Source: Octopus bimaculoides (taxonomy: Eukaryota). Taken from it: DNA of 53,304 nt. Below are positions 1 to 11,340 of the stretch, one piece after another (the stretch's first letter is position 1; each line of letters begins with the position of its first letter). The DNA lies in the NCBI RefSeq assembly GCF_001194135.2, contig NC_068982.1, positions 88,312,140 through 88,365,443 of the forward strand, given 5' to 3'. The position numbers and the translations under genes are program-made. Below the pieces are notes generated by a model, which was not told where the DNA came from, did not search any database, and worked only from the letters and a program-made list of their open reading frames with translations.

Positions 1-39
<39 letters not shown>
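1..39. repeat. (TG)n microsatellite
   Basis: Uninterrupted TG run at the window start. Confidence 0.98.
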
Positions 40-41
<2 letters not shown>

Positions 42-734
42 TAAGCTTATTTAAGTTCATGAATCAGACCAATATTTTTAATTGCTTATTGGAGAAATGT
101 AACAATCAGTTATATTAATGCGATCCTGCAAGGAGCTGTTGTAGTTGATCTGCTCAATGTGTATTAAACTGAGTATTTATTTATAAATTTCAGAGCACAT
201 TGAAAAGTTGGATAATCCATTTCTAATGTTTTCAAAGCAAGCTTATGTCAACGTTCCTCTTACATTCACTGATATAATCAAAAGAGTAATATTCTGTGTC
301 ATATGTTATGCTAAAATGTATTTCTACTTGAGTGATAAAGAAAGCGTAGGTATCTTTCTTTGGATGAGATACCAAATAGTAAGTATTATATCTTTCGAAA
401 ATGCAACTGAGGAAATAGATACCAACTTCATTCTGCATTGAAAATGGGTGTATATCGTGAGTCATTTTTATATATAAATGCTTTTGATTTTTTTTAATTC
501 TATGCGAACTGAAGAGAAAATATATCAGAAATGAAAAAGTATCTGGATAAATGTAAGTCTGCCTGTCGGTGTGATTCTGTCTTTTAAGCAATGCATAATT
601 ACATTACATACATACATTGCATACAAAGTCGTGGAGTATTCAACACACCTCCGTACGTGCGCCCGCACAAACACACTCATACGCACACATATAAATACTA
701 CAGATACATATGCTTGTGTACGTATATTCTGATT

Positions 735-908
735 TCAAATTTTGACACAAGGTCAGCAATTTTGTAGGAGGCGGTAAGTCGGTTACTTATTTTATCGACC
801 CCGAAATGATGAAAGGCGTAGTCGACCTCGGTGGAATTTGAACTCGGATTGTAAATATGTCCCTAAGCATTATCTCCGTCAGGCTAACGTTTCTGCCAGC
901 TCATGCCT
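735..908 (-). mobile_element. tRNA-derived SINE, family 1 (core GTCGACTTTGCCTTTCATCCTTTCGGGGTCGATAAA, resembling the Meta/MESC core)
   Basis: Reverse complement of the core (ttatcgaccccgaaatgatgaaaggcgtagtcgacctcggtggaatttgaactc). Same family at 4545, 37445, 46590, 47832 and 48070. Confidence 0.85.
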
Positions 909-1099
909 TACCTTTATCCTAATATTGACTGGTAAAATGTGAGTATGTAATATGAATACACATTTGTTCATACATTCATATGTGTAAAAATACGGTATCC
1001 GGATAACTACCCGACTGACATGAGCCCGACAGACAAGTGTCTGTCGGAAGAGTACCCGACGGACAATTACAATTTTTTTCATTAAATCTTGATATATAT

Positions 1100-1895
1100 T
1101 TTTATTTTTGGGTGAAGGCTGGTGTTCTTCCCGTACTTGTACAAATTGGTCATTGGGCAACAGTTAACACCATGGGACTATGCACAAATGCTTAACTTCG
1201 CACATCGGATGGAAGCAATTTTTGAGGGAAATGACAACCTCATTTTGTTAATGAGTGATGAAGGTCTTTTTCATCTCATTGGCGATATGAATGAACAGAA
1301 CTGTCGTTATTGGGCTCTTAAAAATCCGAGAGGACTGCATGAAAGACCACTGCACAGCCCAAAAGTGACGGTCTGGTGTGCTGTTGGAAAAGCTGCCGTC
1401 ATCGGCGTCATTGATCCTTACTTTTTGAAGACAATAATGGGAATGCTGTTACTGTGAACTCTGAATGGTACATCAATATGATAAACAACATGCTTGTGCT
1501 TGAATTGCGACGAAAACGTATGCATATTCGACACGTGTGGTTTCAGCAGTTTGAGGCGGTGGCCCACACAGCCAGAACATCAATGGACATTCTTAGCCTT
1601 TTCTCCGGTGACCGCATCTTTTACTGCTTTGCTGTCAATCCTTGGCCACGTCGGTCCCCTGGTTGCCCATGTCGACATAGCAGTGCTGGAAAAACTGGAG
1701 GCCAACTTCCTAAAACTCCTTCAGAAATGCATCAATGGAAACGGACACCACATGGATGTTGTTTTCTACACTTAATTTTGACAAATGCTAATTGAATACA
1801 AACATATTGATGTCAATAAAATTTGTTTGCAGCTAAAATTAATGATTTTGTGAAGTTTTAAGAATCATTCGGCTTCTCTTTCCCGCACTAATGTT
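1100..1895 (+). mobile_element. Decayed Tc1/mariner transposon, DD41D (rosa-like) transposase remnant
   Basis: Frameshifted ORFs 1122-1795 give SDEGLFHL..NEQNCRYWA..NP..LHERPLHSPKVTVWCA..VIG.PYF, then WFQQ(D>F)EAVAHTA..WPRRSP and NFLKLLQKCINGNGHH. The 30 residues between QQ[D] and W match DD41D spacing. Confidence 0.85.
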
Positions 1896-3215
1896 GTAGA
1901 TTTAACTGTGTTTGTCGTATCTAAAAGAGTGTATATGTGCTGTGTCATTGATCCAACACTGATTCATTTGGTTATGGCCGTTAATGAATTTTATATTTGT
2001 ATTCGACAATTTTATGCCATTTTAAGGGGTAAAATTTATTAAAGTTTACATTAAACTATTCTATTTGTTGCTAAGAGTCAAAATAAGCATAAAAGAGTTT
2101 TTATAATTACATGCATCAGAAAAATATTAGTCATTAATGTAGTTATTTAAATATTTAACTGCTATAGTAAAAATATGTTAAGGTTACCTTAGGTATGTTT
2201 AGATATCTGGTATCTTCATTAATAAACAAATCTTTCATGATTCATATATTTTATTTTGGTAATTGGAAAGTACAAAGCTTAACACAGTTCATCCCGATTA
2301 CTTCCGACCCACCTCCCCGCCTGGGATGAGAATAATCGGACTGATATGCAGTATTGAAGTAAAATAGAGGGCGACATTAGTATTTAGTGAACGGGTTAAG
2401 TTATTCACATTTCTAAAAAAGGATTCATTATATTTATTCTGTATCAGTCTGATTTTTCATGTCAAAGTAATATCTTCATATATTATGTTTAAATATATTG
2501 TCTAGAGGCAATATTTTGTTTCAGAAATGGGAGTAAATAGCTGCAGTATAACCATTTAAATAGCTAAAGAGAGGAAACATTCAAGAAAGATGGAGGTTTT
2601 AATCAAAAGGGACAACTTTAACAAGAAGTTAGGTAAGGCGTTTTAGTGGCAGGGGTGTTGCAATGGAAAAGGCTTAAACAATAGAAACACTTTTAATAAG
2701 GAACTCGGTTGGAGCAACAGATGTAAAATAAGCAAGAATAATTTGAGAGAGAGAGAGAGAGAGAGAGAAAGAAGGAAAAGAGAAAAGAGAATGAAAGAGG
2801 TGAAGGTGAGTTCATATGGACAAATGAAAGAGTAATGGCAGATTCACAGCATTAATTTATGTATTCGGCAAGTATATGAGAAATTAGCATAATTTAATTG
2901 ACTCATTCTAAGCGTGTTTAACAACCAGATTGAGCAAAAGGCTCTTTCCGATAATCAGCTATGCTACCCATTCCTCATTGTATTATTATTATTCTGATAT
3001 TGGCATTATTATTTAAGTATTTAATGATCTTCTTAAAATAAACTATGTAGAGATTGTATTAGCTTTGGCAGGAAGATATAATAAATTTATGTGTAACGTT
3101 TAGCGGAAATAAATGGAGCAGAGTTCAGTTAGTATTAAATTATAAATAAATATTTTCGTAATTCGTTGTGATGGCATCATTTATATATTTGCTATAATTC
3201 ACTATCAATATCTCT

Positions 3216-3480
3216 CTAATGTCCCTCGGCAGAGTTGAATTGGTGTATAAATATATAATGAAGATTCTTAGTAATGGCAGAACTTTCATGGAACTGGAAT
3301 ACCGTACAAGTCAAGTCAAAAATGTAACGAGCCAAGGAAATAATTATTATCACAGACCCTACACCAAGAAACACTGAGACTGGGCCAACAAGTGTGTCCC
3401 CAATGATACCAGCCCACAACATGACTCTTCATGTGAGGAGGCAATTTTATCAAAATCGATTCACAGAAAACCGAGAAACC
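3216..3480 (-). mobile_element. Tc1-like transposase fragment
   Basis: Translation VMLWAGIIGDTLVGPV matches the Tc1/IS630 'VMxWAGI...LVGP' segment after the first catalytic D. Confidence 0.6.
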
Positions 3481-3682
3481 CTAAATTTCAATCCTAAGCT
3501 ATTAGCCTGTTTTTGGGTGTAAATAAGAAGCTAAACAAAATTTATTTTTCACGGCGCATGAAATTATATATTATTATTAATTAAAAGTTAAAGAAAGGAA
3601 CAAACGAAGGGAGAATGGGAAATATTGCCATGTTTTCTTTCTTTTCTTTTACTTTGTTACAGGTGTTTTTCTGCTTTACTTT

Positions 3683-3830
3683 CCAGAGGAAGAGGTAGTG
3701 TTCATCATCATCACCTCTGGAGATCCTCCGAGACAGGTGCTTTGGCAACATCAATGTTCTGTTTAAAGTATTGCGGGCCATCACCTACAAGAAAGATGTG
3801 CTGGGAGGAGATTCCAGAGGTACGATGCTT
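3683..3830. other. GC-richer exon-like patch, strand and frame unresolved
   Basis: Markedly more GC-rich than its flanks. Plausible splice signals on both strands: + tttactttccag|...GAG|gtacga and - catctttcttgtag|GTG...AAA|gtaaag. Several frames are open. No protein recognised. Confidence 0.3.
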
Positions 3831-4544
3831 AAGGAGGAAGGGCTATGAATACTGATATGTGCGGTGTGGGAAATAGCGTGGACACAAGAGCGATGACGCA
3901 AGTTGCGAGTGATTCAGTCGAAAAATTACGAGAGCAGCCAGCTCCAAAGAATGGTTGCTGTTTTATTAGCTATAGAAAAAAATCATGTGACAGCATCCAT
4001 GCAAACCACAGAATGGAGTGTGTTTGTTAGTGTTTTATAGACAATCACTCAATTGGCCATTCTCTGGATGCCTGCGGGAATCAGTATTTTAACAACGTGT
4101 CTCTGATTTATTCTGGGCTGTACTTGAACTTTGTTGCATGTTATCATTTGTTGGGGCATGCTGAAATATTTTTGTTGATACAGATGAGTAAAATCAATTT
4201 GGTGGGATACTATCCTCACTAACTTATAGTATATTTGCTATGAGAGATCATCAGTAATAATGAAGCTTTTAATTTCAATCGACCGCAAGGATTCCAGCTA
4301 GAGGCCTTACTTGTTAAGGATATGTATGAAGTATGGGGCGTGATGGTGTTTTTGCCGTCTGTTTAGCGATTGTTTGTTTTTATTTTTGCTGTTAAATGTT
4401 TATGTACTCCGTACATAAAATCAATGCTGGTATGGAGTAGATATCTGATGTTTGAAAAAATTTAGGGAGTATTGAAGTACCATATCATATGTAGAAGTGG
4501 GCGTGAATATAAGTACTTATATAAGTGGATGCATAGTTAGCATG

Positions 4545-4725
4545 CTGGGTAAAGTGCTTAGCAGCATTTCATCTGTCTTTATATTCTGAATTCAAATTCT
4601 ACCAAGGTCGACTTTGCCTTTCATCCTTTTTGGGTCGATCACATAAGCACCAGTTTAGCACTGGGGTTGATGTAATCAATCTATCCTCTACCCTGGACTT
4701 GTTGGACTTGTACCATAATTTGAAA
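4545..4725 (+). mobile_element. SINE family 1 copy
   Basis: gttagcatgctgggtaaagtgcttagc...ttcaaattctaccaaggtcgactttgcctttcatcc...gggtcgat...accag. Confidence 0.85.
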
Positions 4726-5663
4726 CTCATTTTAATGTTACATTGGGAAGTGTCTATTTAGCGGTATATTGGAAATGTTGCCTATATTAGTAGATTCCTT
4801 TAAGTTACGGAAAAGATTAAAGCGACAGATGTTTGGCTTACTCTTCCTATAATTAGTTGTTGCAGAATTCTGTTTGATGTTGTAGATTCTATGCTTAAAT
4901 CCATTTCTATGCAATACTCCTATTCATTATTAGCAATATCGTGAAATATTTGTTCATTTGTTAAGATACTAGTTCATTTAAACATTGCCGTGACTCATAT
5001 AGCCTTTTTATATTTTTACAATGAATAACTCTAAAATATTCTGACACTTGGCTGCAAATCAAATTGGTTAATGTAATTTTAAAATTAATTTCGCTTTTTC
5101 AAATGGAATATAATTATCCGATACAAAAATAAAAGTTAGTAATAGCCATCACCAAACGAATCAGTCCTTTGACGTCTCCATCTTTCTTTCCTCCTTTCTC
5201 CCCTTCTTTGTTTTTTAAGCTTCATTCACAGTTACCCTCATTAAAACCGTTTCTCTTTTATAGATTCTACGACCTAATAGGTTTTCCCGTAACTTGCTGC
5301 TAAATTCCTCCTTTACTCCATCTTTCCTCTCAATAGCTAGTTAAACGATTTTTCCCGATATACTGTCCTTTCTCATCATTCTGACATGCTGCCTACCAGC
5401 TGTGAAATGCATTGTAACATGTACAATATTGATTTAAAAAGAAAACAATAGCAACAACAAAAAGCAATCGCAGCAGCCACAGAATCAATAAAATGACAAG
5501 AACAATAGCAATAATAATAGTTTCTGATTCAGGAACATGATCCGCAAGTTTGCTTGGACAGGATGTTCTATACAAGGAAACCCATACATGTCTAGCTTTT
5601 TCTATACCCGACCCAGACAACGGGTTTGAGACGCAAATTCGTGAAGTGTTCCATATTTTTTAA

Positions 5664-5715
5664 CAAGGCGGTGCCCCAACATGCCAGGAGTCTAATGACT
5701 GAAACAAGTTAATAA
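5664..5715 (+). mobile_element. SINE family 2, 3' tail fragment
   Basis: aaggcggtgccccaacatg...aatgactgaaacaagt is the reverse complement of the tail seen at 5750 and 43185. Confidence 0.7.
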
Positions 5716-5744
5716 TAAAGTAAAACATATATATATTCTTTTGT

Positions 5745-5945
5745 TCTGTTACTTGCTTTTGTCATTGGGTTACAGCCATGCTGGAGCATGGCCTTAAGGA
5801 TTTGTTTTAGTTGAAGATATTAACTGCAAGCCTTTGGTTGGCTCGAGGCTATAGTAAAAGATGCTTGCCCTAGATGCCACGCAGTAGGAGTGAACCCGGA
5901 GCCACGTCGTTAAGAAGAAAGCTTCTTACTACATGGTCACGCCAG
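5745..5945 (-). mobile_element. SINE family 2, internally deleted copy
   Basis: acttgc..gtcatt..gccatgctggagca / gaggctatagtaaaagatgcttgccc..gccacgcagtaggagtgaacccgg. The tRNA-like head lies at the right end on the minus strand. Homologous to 43165-43600. Confidence 0.8.
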
Positions 5946-5973
5946 CGCGATATATATATATATATATATATAT

Positions 5974-6436
5974 NNNNNNNNNNNNNNNNNNNNNNNNNNN
6001 NNNNNNNNNNNNNNNNNNNNNNNNNNNNNNNNNNNNNNNNNNNNNNNNNNNNNNNNNNNNNNNNNNNNNNNNNNNNNNNNNNNNNNNNNNNNNNNNNNNN
6101 NNNNNNNNNNNNNNNNNNNNNNNNNNNNNNNNNNNNNNNNNNNNNNNNNNNNNNNNNNNNNNNNNNNNNNNNNNNNNNNNNNNNNNNNNNNNNNNNNNNN
6201 NNNNNNNNNNNNNNNNNNNNNNNNNNNNNNNNNNNNNNNNNNNNNNNNNNNNNNNNNNNNNNNNNNNNNNNNNNNNNNNNNNNNNNNNNNNNNNNNNNNN
6301 NNNNNNNNNNNNNNNNNNNNNNNNNNNNNNNNNNNNNNNNNNNNNNNNNNNNNNNNNNNNNNNNNNNNNNNNNNNNNNNNNNNNNNNNNNNNNNNNNNNN
6401 NNNNNNNNNNNNNNNNNNNNNNNNNNNNNNNNNNNN
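5974..6436. other. Assembly gap (N) flanked by (TA)n
   Basis: N run. Other gaps: 16396-16831, 18923-19400, 29699-30384, 46112-46519, each adjoining a microsatellite. Confidence 1.
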
Positions 6437-6471
<35 letters not shown>

Positions 6472-6484
6472 TATATATATTGAA

Positions 6485-6565
6485 GGCGCATGGCCCACTG
6501 GTTAGAGCGTCGAACTTACGGTCGCGAGGTTGTGAGTTCGAATCACTGACCGGGCTGCCTGTTGT
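6485..6565 (+). mobile_element. tRNA-like SINE head (family 3), truncated
   Basis: Pol III A-box-like TGGCCCACTGGTTAGAGC and B-box GAGTTCGAATC. No complete cloverleaf, and it is cut off by the LINE fragment that follows. Confidence 0.7.
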
Positions 6566-6823
6566 GTGACATCAACATTTTCTGCTATAACAATACTTGC
6601 TGCCTTGATCAAATTATTTGTCACTGTGATGTCTTTTGTTCTGATATATTTCAGAATTTCATTCACATTTTTCTTTTCTTGGTTCAGTTTCTCCCGATCG
6701 ACCGTTCTAAGTTTGCAAATAATGTCGCTAGCGTTCTCCTGTAGCCTTGACTTTATTCTGTAAAAGAGATTGCCATTTGTCCATCTGTCATGAAACTATT
6801 AGATTGATTGTCTTCTTCCAAAA

Positions 6824-6824
<1 letters not shown>
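6566..6824 (-). mobile_element. R4/Dong-clade LINE, N-terminal region fragment
   Basis: Translation KLRTVDREKLNQEKKNVNEILKYIRTKDITVTNNLIKAASIVIAENV resembles the pre-RT region of this clade. Bounded by (TTA)n at about 6824-6853. Confidence 0.6.
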
Positions 6825-6853
<29 letters not shown>

Positions 6854-6854
<1 letters not shown>

Positions 6855-7378
6855 GTTCAGTAGTTTTATTTTTATAATGTGCTTTTACTTCACTACCGAA
6901 CACAGCTCTTTGTGCCTTGGGTATGTGCTGTGGTTTGCTGTGATGCTCTTATGGTTACTGTATTGAAAGTGTTTTGCGTAGGATGTGTGCAGTGCCCAGT
7001 AGTGCAATTTTCTGTTTGTTATATATATTTGTAAGTCCTGGTGTTTTTGATTGTTTCTGTTTTTAGATTCCACATTCGAGTTACCTCTATTTCCAAGTCT
7101 TTGTATTTTGAAAGTTTTTCCGCTTCTTTTAGGGAAACGTTGTCATCTGCTGGTATTGATACATCAATTAGAAAGCATTTTTTTCCTTCATGATCTTTGA
7201 CAACTATATCTGGTCTATTTGCCTTAATTTCTCTATCTGTGTGTATTAGCATATCCCAGAGTATGGTTGCTTTCTCGTTTTCTGTGACCTTTTCTGGCGT
7301 GTGTTTATACCATATTTTTTCTGTTGTTATTCCATAGTGTTGGCATAGCTTCCAGTGTATATAGGTCCCAGCTCTGTC
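6854..7378 (-). mobile_element. R4/Dong-clade LINE 3' end (RLE domain), 5'-truncated
   Basis: YIHWKLC..YG..KWYKHTPEKVTENEKATILWDMLIHTDREIKANRPDIVVKD...FLIDVSIPADDN..KE.EKLSKYKDLEIE, a PD-(D/E)xK restriction-like endonuclease. Ends in a (TAA)n tail. Confidence 0.9.
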
Positions 7379-7390
7379 TATTATTATTAT

Positions 7391-10300
7391 TACATGTTGA
7401 CTCTAAGTCTCACCCAGTAACCCCAAGAGTCAACAAGTTTAGTGTTTAAGATGGTGGTATCCCTAGGGCGTAATATATTTGGTTTTGCACATAGTATTGT
7501 TGTAGATAATTTTTAAGAAAAAATTATAAAAGTATAACTTTGTTTCAAAATTTAAGATTACATTTCACAGTATTTTACGTAGGGTATGGGCAGTTCCCAT
7601 GGGCACTATCTTTCGAATTTCTGCCATTTGGGAGTTTCCTGGTATGTGAACTAGCTAGGAGTCAGCCCTTTTTGCACCCATTCCTAGGCCACCTATGACA
7701 ACCGTTATTGTTTTTGTCTTGAGGTTCCACATTTTGCCAATTTCTATTTCAAGATTTTTATACTTGCTCAGGAGGGGAGTCAGATAAAGAGGTAGGTCTT
7801 GACAGATACGTTTATGTCGATTGGGACAGTCATATCAAGGAGGGGGCATAATTTTTGTCTGAATATTTTCAATATAATGTCTGGCTTATTTGCATCCAAC
7901 TTTCTGTTAGTTTGAACGGGAAAGTTCCAGAAGAGTGAGATGTGATCATTTTCAAGCACTGGATGTGGTTTGTATTCCCAACAGTTTTTATGATGGGGAA
8001 GGTCAAGATTTCTGCAAACATGGGCTACTGCCATTCTTTAATATGTTGGCCTGGTAGTTCCTTGTAGGTAGGCATTGATCTTGGGCCGCTATGATAAACC
8101 CTTCTGTTTCTGATTTTAAGCCAGAAGACACTAACCTTTGAAGGCACTAACCATTAAGTCTATTTGGGTTCATTAGGTATTTGAGAGATTTTTCTTGGCA
8201 TTTATCAGTGAGAATATCTAAGGCAGCAGTTTTAGAACGGATTTTCATACGCTTAGCTTTTTCTGTGCTTGTCTCCAGTACCTCTAATTCTGGGATTTGT
8301 TATATTTGGAACTCACTTAAGTATTCCTTTCGCTGTTTGTTACTGAATATGATGTTTTCCTGCTTTGAGACAAGTTTTAATATCCAGTCATCAGAGCTTT
8401 TCAGGTAGGTGTTTAGGCCAATTGCAGCAATCTTCATTGTTATTTCCAGTTGTAAAAGTCCATGGCCACCCTCTTTTCTTGGCAGATAAAGTCGTTCTAT
8501 ATCTGCATTCAATGCATTATCAAAAATTTTCGTATTTTTCTGTCAAATTATTCATTTCAGTAATTAACCAGTTAGTGATATTGAAACTGTAATTCACGAC
8601 CAATATGACTAAATTATTGATCCATTCGATCCTGTTTCTTGCATTCAGCTGTCTTCCCTGCAATAACATTCGCTTCTGATCTTTTCCCTCATTATTGAAT
8701 GTTTGATGGATCACCTTCAATTACCTCTAGGTATTTATAGCTCTCTGCTGGCTCTAACTCCTGTTTATGACATTCTGCTGGTCAAGATTAACGTTGGATG
8801 TTTCTGTCATTTTTCCTTTGATAAAGGTAGCTTTTGTACATTTATCGATGCCAAATTGCATCCTGATGTCATCACTGAATTGTTTAACTATCGCTAGTAA
8901 GCCCTGTAGTTGTTGGTCATTTTTTACAAAGCGCTTTAAATCATCCATGTAAAAGAGTTGATATATATTTTTTATCGAACATTATACAGCCATATTGTAC
9001 ATCATCGAGAAATTTAGAGAGAGGTACTAACGCTAGTCAAAAGAGTAGTGGTGATAGAGAATCACCCTGGAAAATGCTACATGAAATTCTTACTTCTCCA
9101 GCATTAACAGACTCACAGTTCAAAATCAGAGTGGTTCTCCATGACAAGACATATCGCAGAGTAGGTGCTATTTTATACTTTTCCAGACATTACTTAATCC
9201 AGCTATGTGGTAGACTATCAAAAATTATAGTCTACACGGGCTATCAACTAGTTTTCGTATCATTTGTGACAATCGTCTAAGATCATCCTATTGATGAGCT
9301 GTTGATCTTTACAACCATACGAACCACGTTTACATTCTTTTGCTCATTAGGGAATGAGTCACTATTTATAAAAGACTATAGGTATATTCAGTCAAGACAG
9401 ATGTTTGTATTTTATACATTGTTGTTAAGCAGGTTATGGGTCTATAATTTTTTGGTTCACTTGTTTCTTCATTTTTTTTGGAAGTAGGAATGTAATACCA
9501 TTAGGCAAGAGGGAATTAGACTAGGTTATTGCAAAATATTGTTGTAAAGTTTAATTAACAATTCATGGTACTCTGGGAAGGCATTGGACCAGAAGTTAGG
9601 GATGTTATCTTTTACTGGAGGGTTCCATTTGCTTGACTTCCTGAGAGCAGATGTTACATCCTCTGCCTTGATACCCTCCCATTTTGCTCTTCTAAGGAGT
9701 CTAAGTCAGTAGATATTCTATCAACCCAGGAGGCCTTTATATTGTGTGTTTTTTTCTTCTGCCCAAATTTTATTCCAAAATTCCTGCACTTCTTCTTTTG
9801 ATGGAACAGACTTTACTGTAATTGGTATTTTCCCTATCCTCCTGTAAAATTATTTTGGGTTATTTTTGAACATGTTGTTCTTGAAGAATCTAACGCGCTT
9901 TTTATACCTTGGTATGCAGGCAGCTTTAGTACATACTATTTGCTTGATAGTTTCTATGGTGGTATCGATGTCAAGTATGGTTTTCATATATTTTTTCTTC
10001 AATTCTTGGATTTTTGTTGGTTTCATAGGCTTGTCAAATTTAAGGTTTTTCAAAACATCCTATGCCAGACATAAGTAGCTGAATCTGATGTTGAATACGC
10101 TCTAATCTTTTCATCACATAGAATCGTTGTGATTTTCGCGGGTGCAGATCGTCTAGTTCAGTTGGGTCAATTTCTGTGTGACTTCCTTCATCTATTTGAT
10201 TTTCATTTGCTTTCGCGTTGGTTCAGAGTGTATGTCACTTCACTTAACAGCTACATTGACTCTTTCTATCATTACTGCATTTTCAACAGACCTGGATTGG

Positions 10301-10990
10301 CCTATACTTATTTCCCCTGTAGTATCTTCTTTAGCTGCAGCTTCGTTCCCTTTACCCCTTACTTATTGTTTAAGTTGGTCAATCTCATATTGAGTTAGTA
10401 ATTTCTTTTTAATAATATTTCTTCTGACATTGGCAAGTTTGTTACTGTCTATGTAGGATCTTACTTCAAGGTGCTTCTGTCTCCAGTTTAGGTATGTTTT
10501 TTCAGTATTAGAGTTATTTTTTTGGAAATACATGGTATGATAGAAGGCTCTAAGAACTCCTTTACTATCTCTCCCTAGGCCATTTTTCATTATTTTTCTT
10601 TTCGTTATTTGATGACGAGCGTGGAGAACCATATGTTGGAATATTCGGCTGTGGGGTTCTTCCAGCTCCTGTGTTTCGTAACCAGTCTGGTTCCTCACTG
10701 CGATGCGCGGGCTTTGTTGTTCCTGTTGACGGCATATTCGATTTGTATTTTGCTTTGATATCATTGAGGCATGACGAGCTTGGACGTTGACATTAGGGGA
10801 TGGATTGGTCTGTATAGGTTTAATTTTTTGAGACAACACCGTCTCCGAGTACTCTGAATGAAAACATAGCTCGCAACGTAGCTTCATAAGGCTAATCGAT
10901 CTGTATTAACCTATATTTCTCTGTTGACAGGTTTATCTCCGGGCATAGTTTTTTGTGGTGTCTTTAAACTTATGAATTGTTCACCCTGTC
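7391..10990 (-). mobile_element. R4/Dong-clade LINE subfamily B, near full length, decayed and internally deleted
   Basis: N-terminal ORF 10363-10887, then KYMKTILDIDTT, RT pieces (MDDLKRF..FSDDIRMQFGIDKC), thumb (ADIERLYLPRKEGGHGLLQLE) and RLE (LFWNFPVQTNRKLDANKPDIILK), then a 3' UTR and (TAA)n. Confidence 0.9.
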
Positions 10991-11287
10991 TGTGTTAGTT
11001 CGAAAACAATTGTTTCGTTTTTTTTTATCTGCTCCGTTTGTGACAAGTGCTTTAATATTTGTGTATGTGTGTCCTGTAAATTTCATGTATTTGTGTAAAC
11101 ATTGGGATGTATGTGTAGTCCTATGGGTTTTAAAATGTATGTATGATTGTGTAGATATTCAAGTGTGTGCGCAATTAATCAATTTACGTATCTACACTTA
11201 TATTTTATTGTTACACATATTATATTGTTACGCTCATATTTTATAATTTGTAAACTTTCCATTGTTGACTTCGCATGTGTCTTTCGC

Positions 11288-11288
11288 A

Positions 11289-11324
<36 letters not shown>

Positions 11325-11340
11325 CATTATTATTATTATG
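11288..11340. repeat. (TTA)n tract separating two LINEs
   Basis: Direct reading. Confidence 0.95.

Noticed and set aside
193-552. Plus-strand exon-like segments (EHIEKLDNPFLMFSKQAY..., ENISEMKKYLDK)
   Set aside because: The phases do not chain and no protein was recognised, so I cannot separate them from chance.
6485-6560. Possible tRNA gene
   Set aside because: It has A and B boxes but no proper acceptor stem, so it is a SINE head.
5874-6569. Long ORFs spanning N gaps (also at about 16.3, 18.8, 29.5 and 46 kb)
   Set aside because: Artefacts of N runs and the flanking microsatellites.
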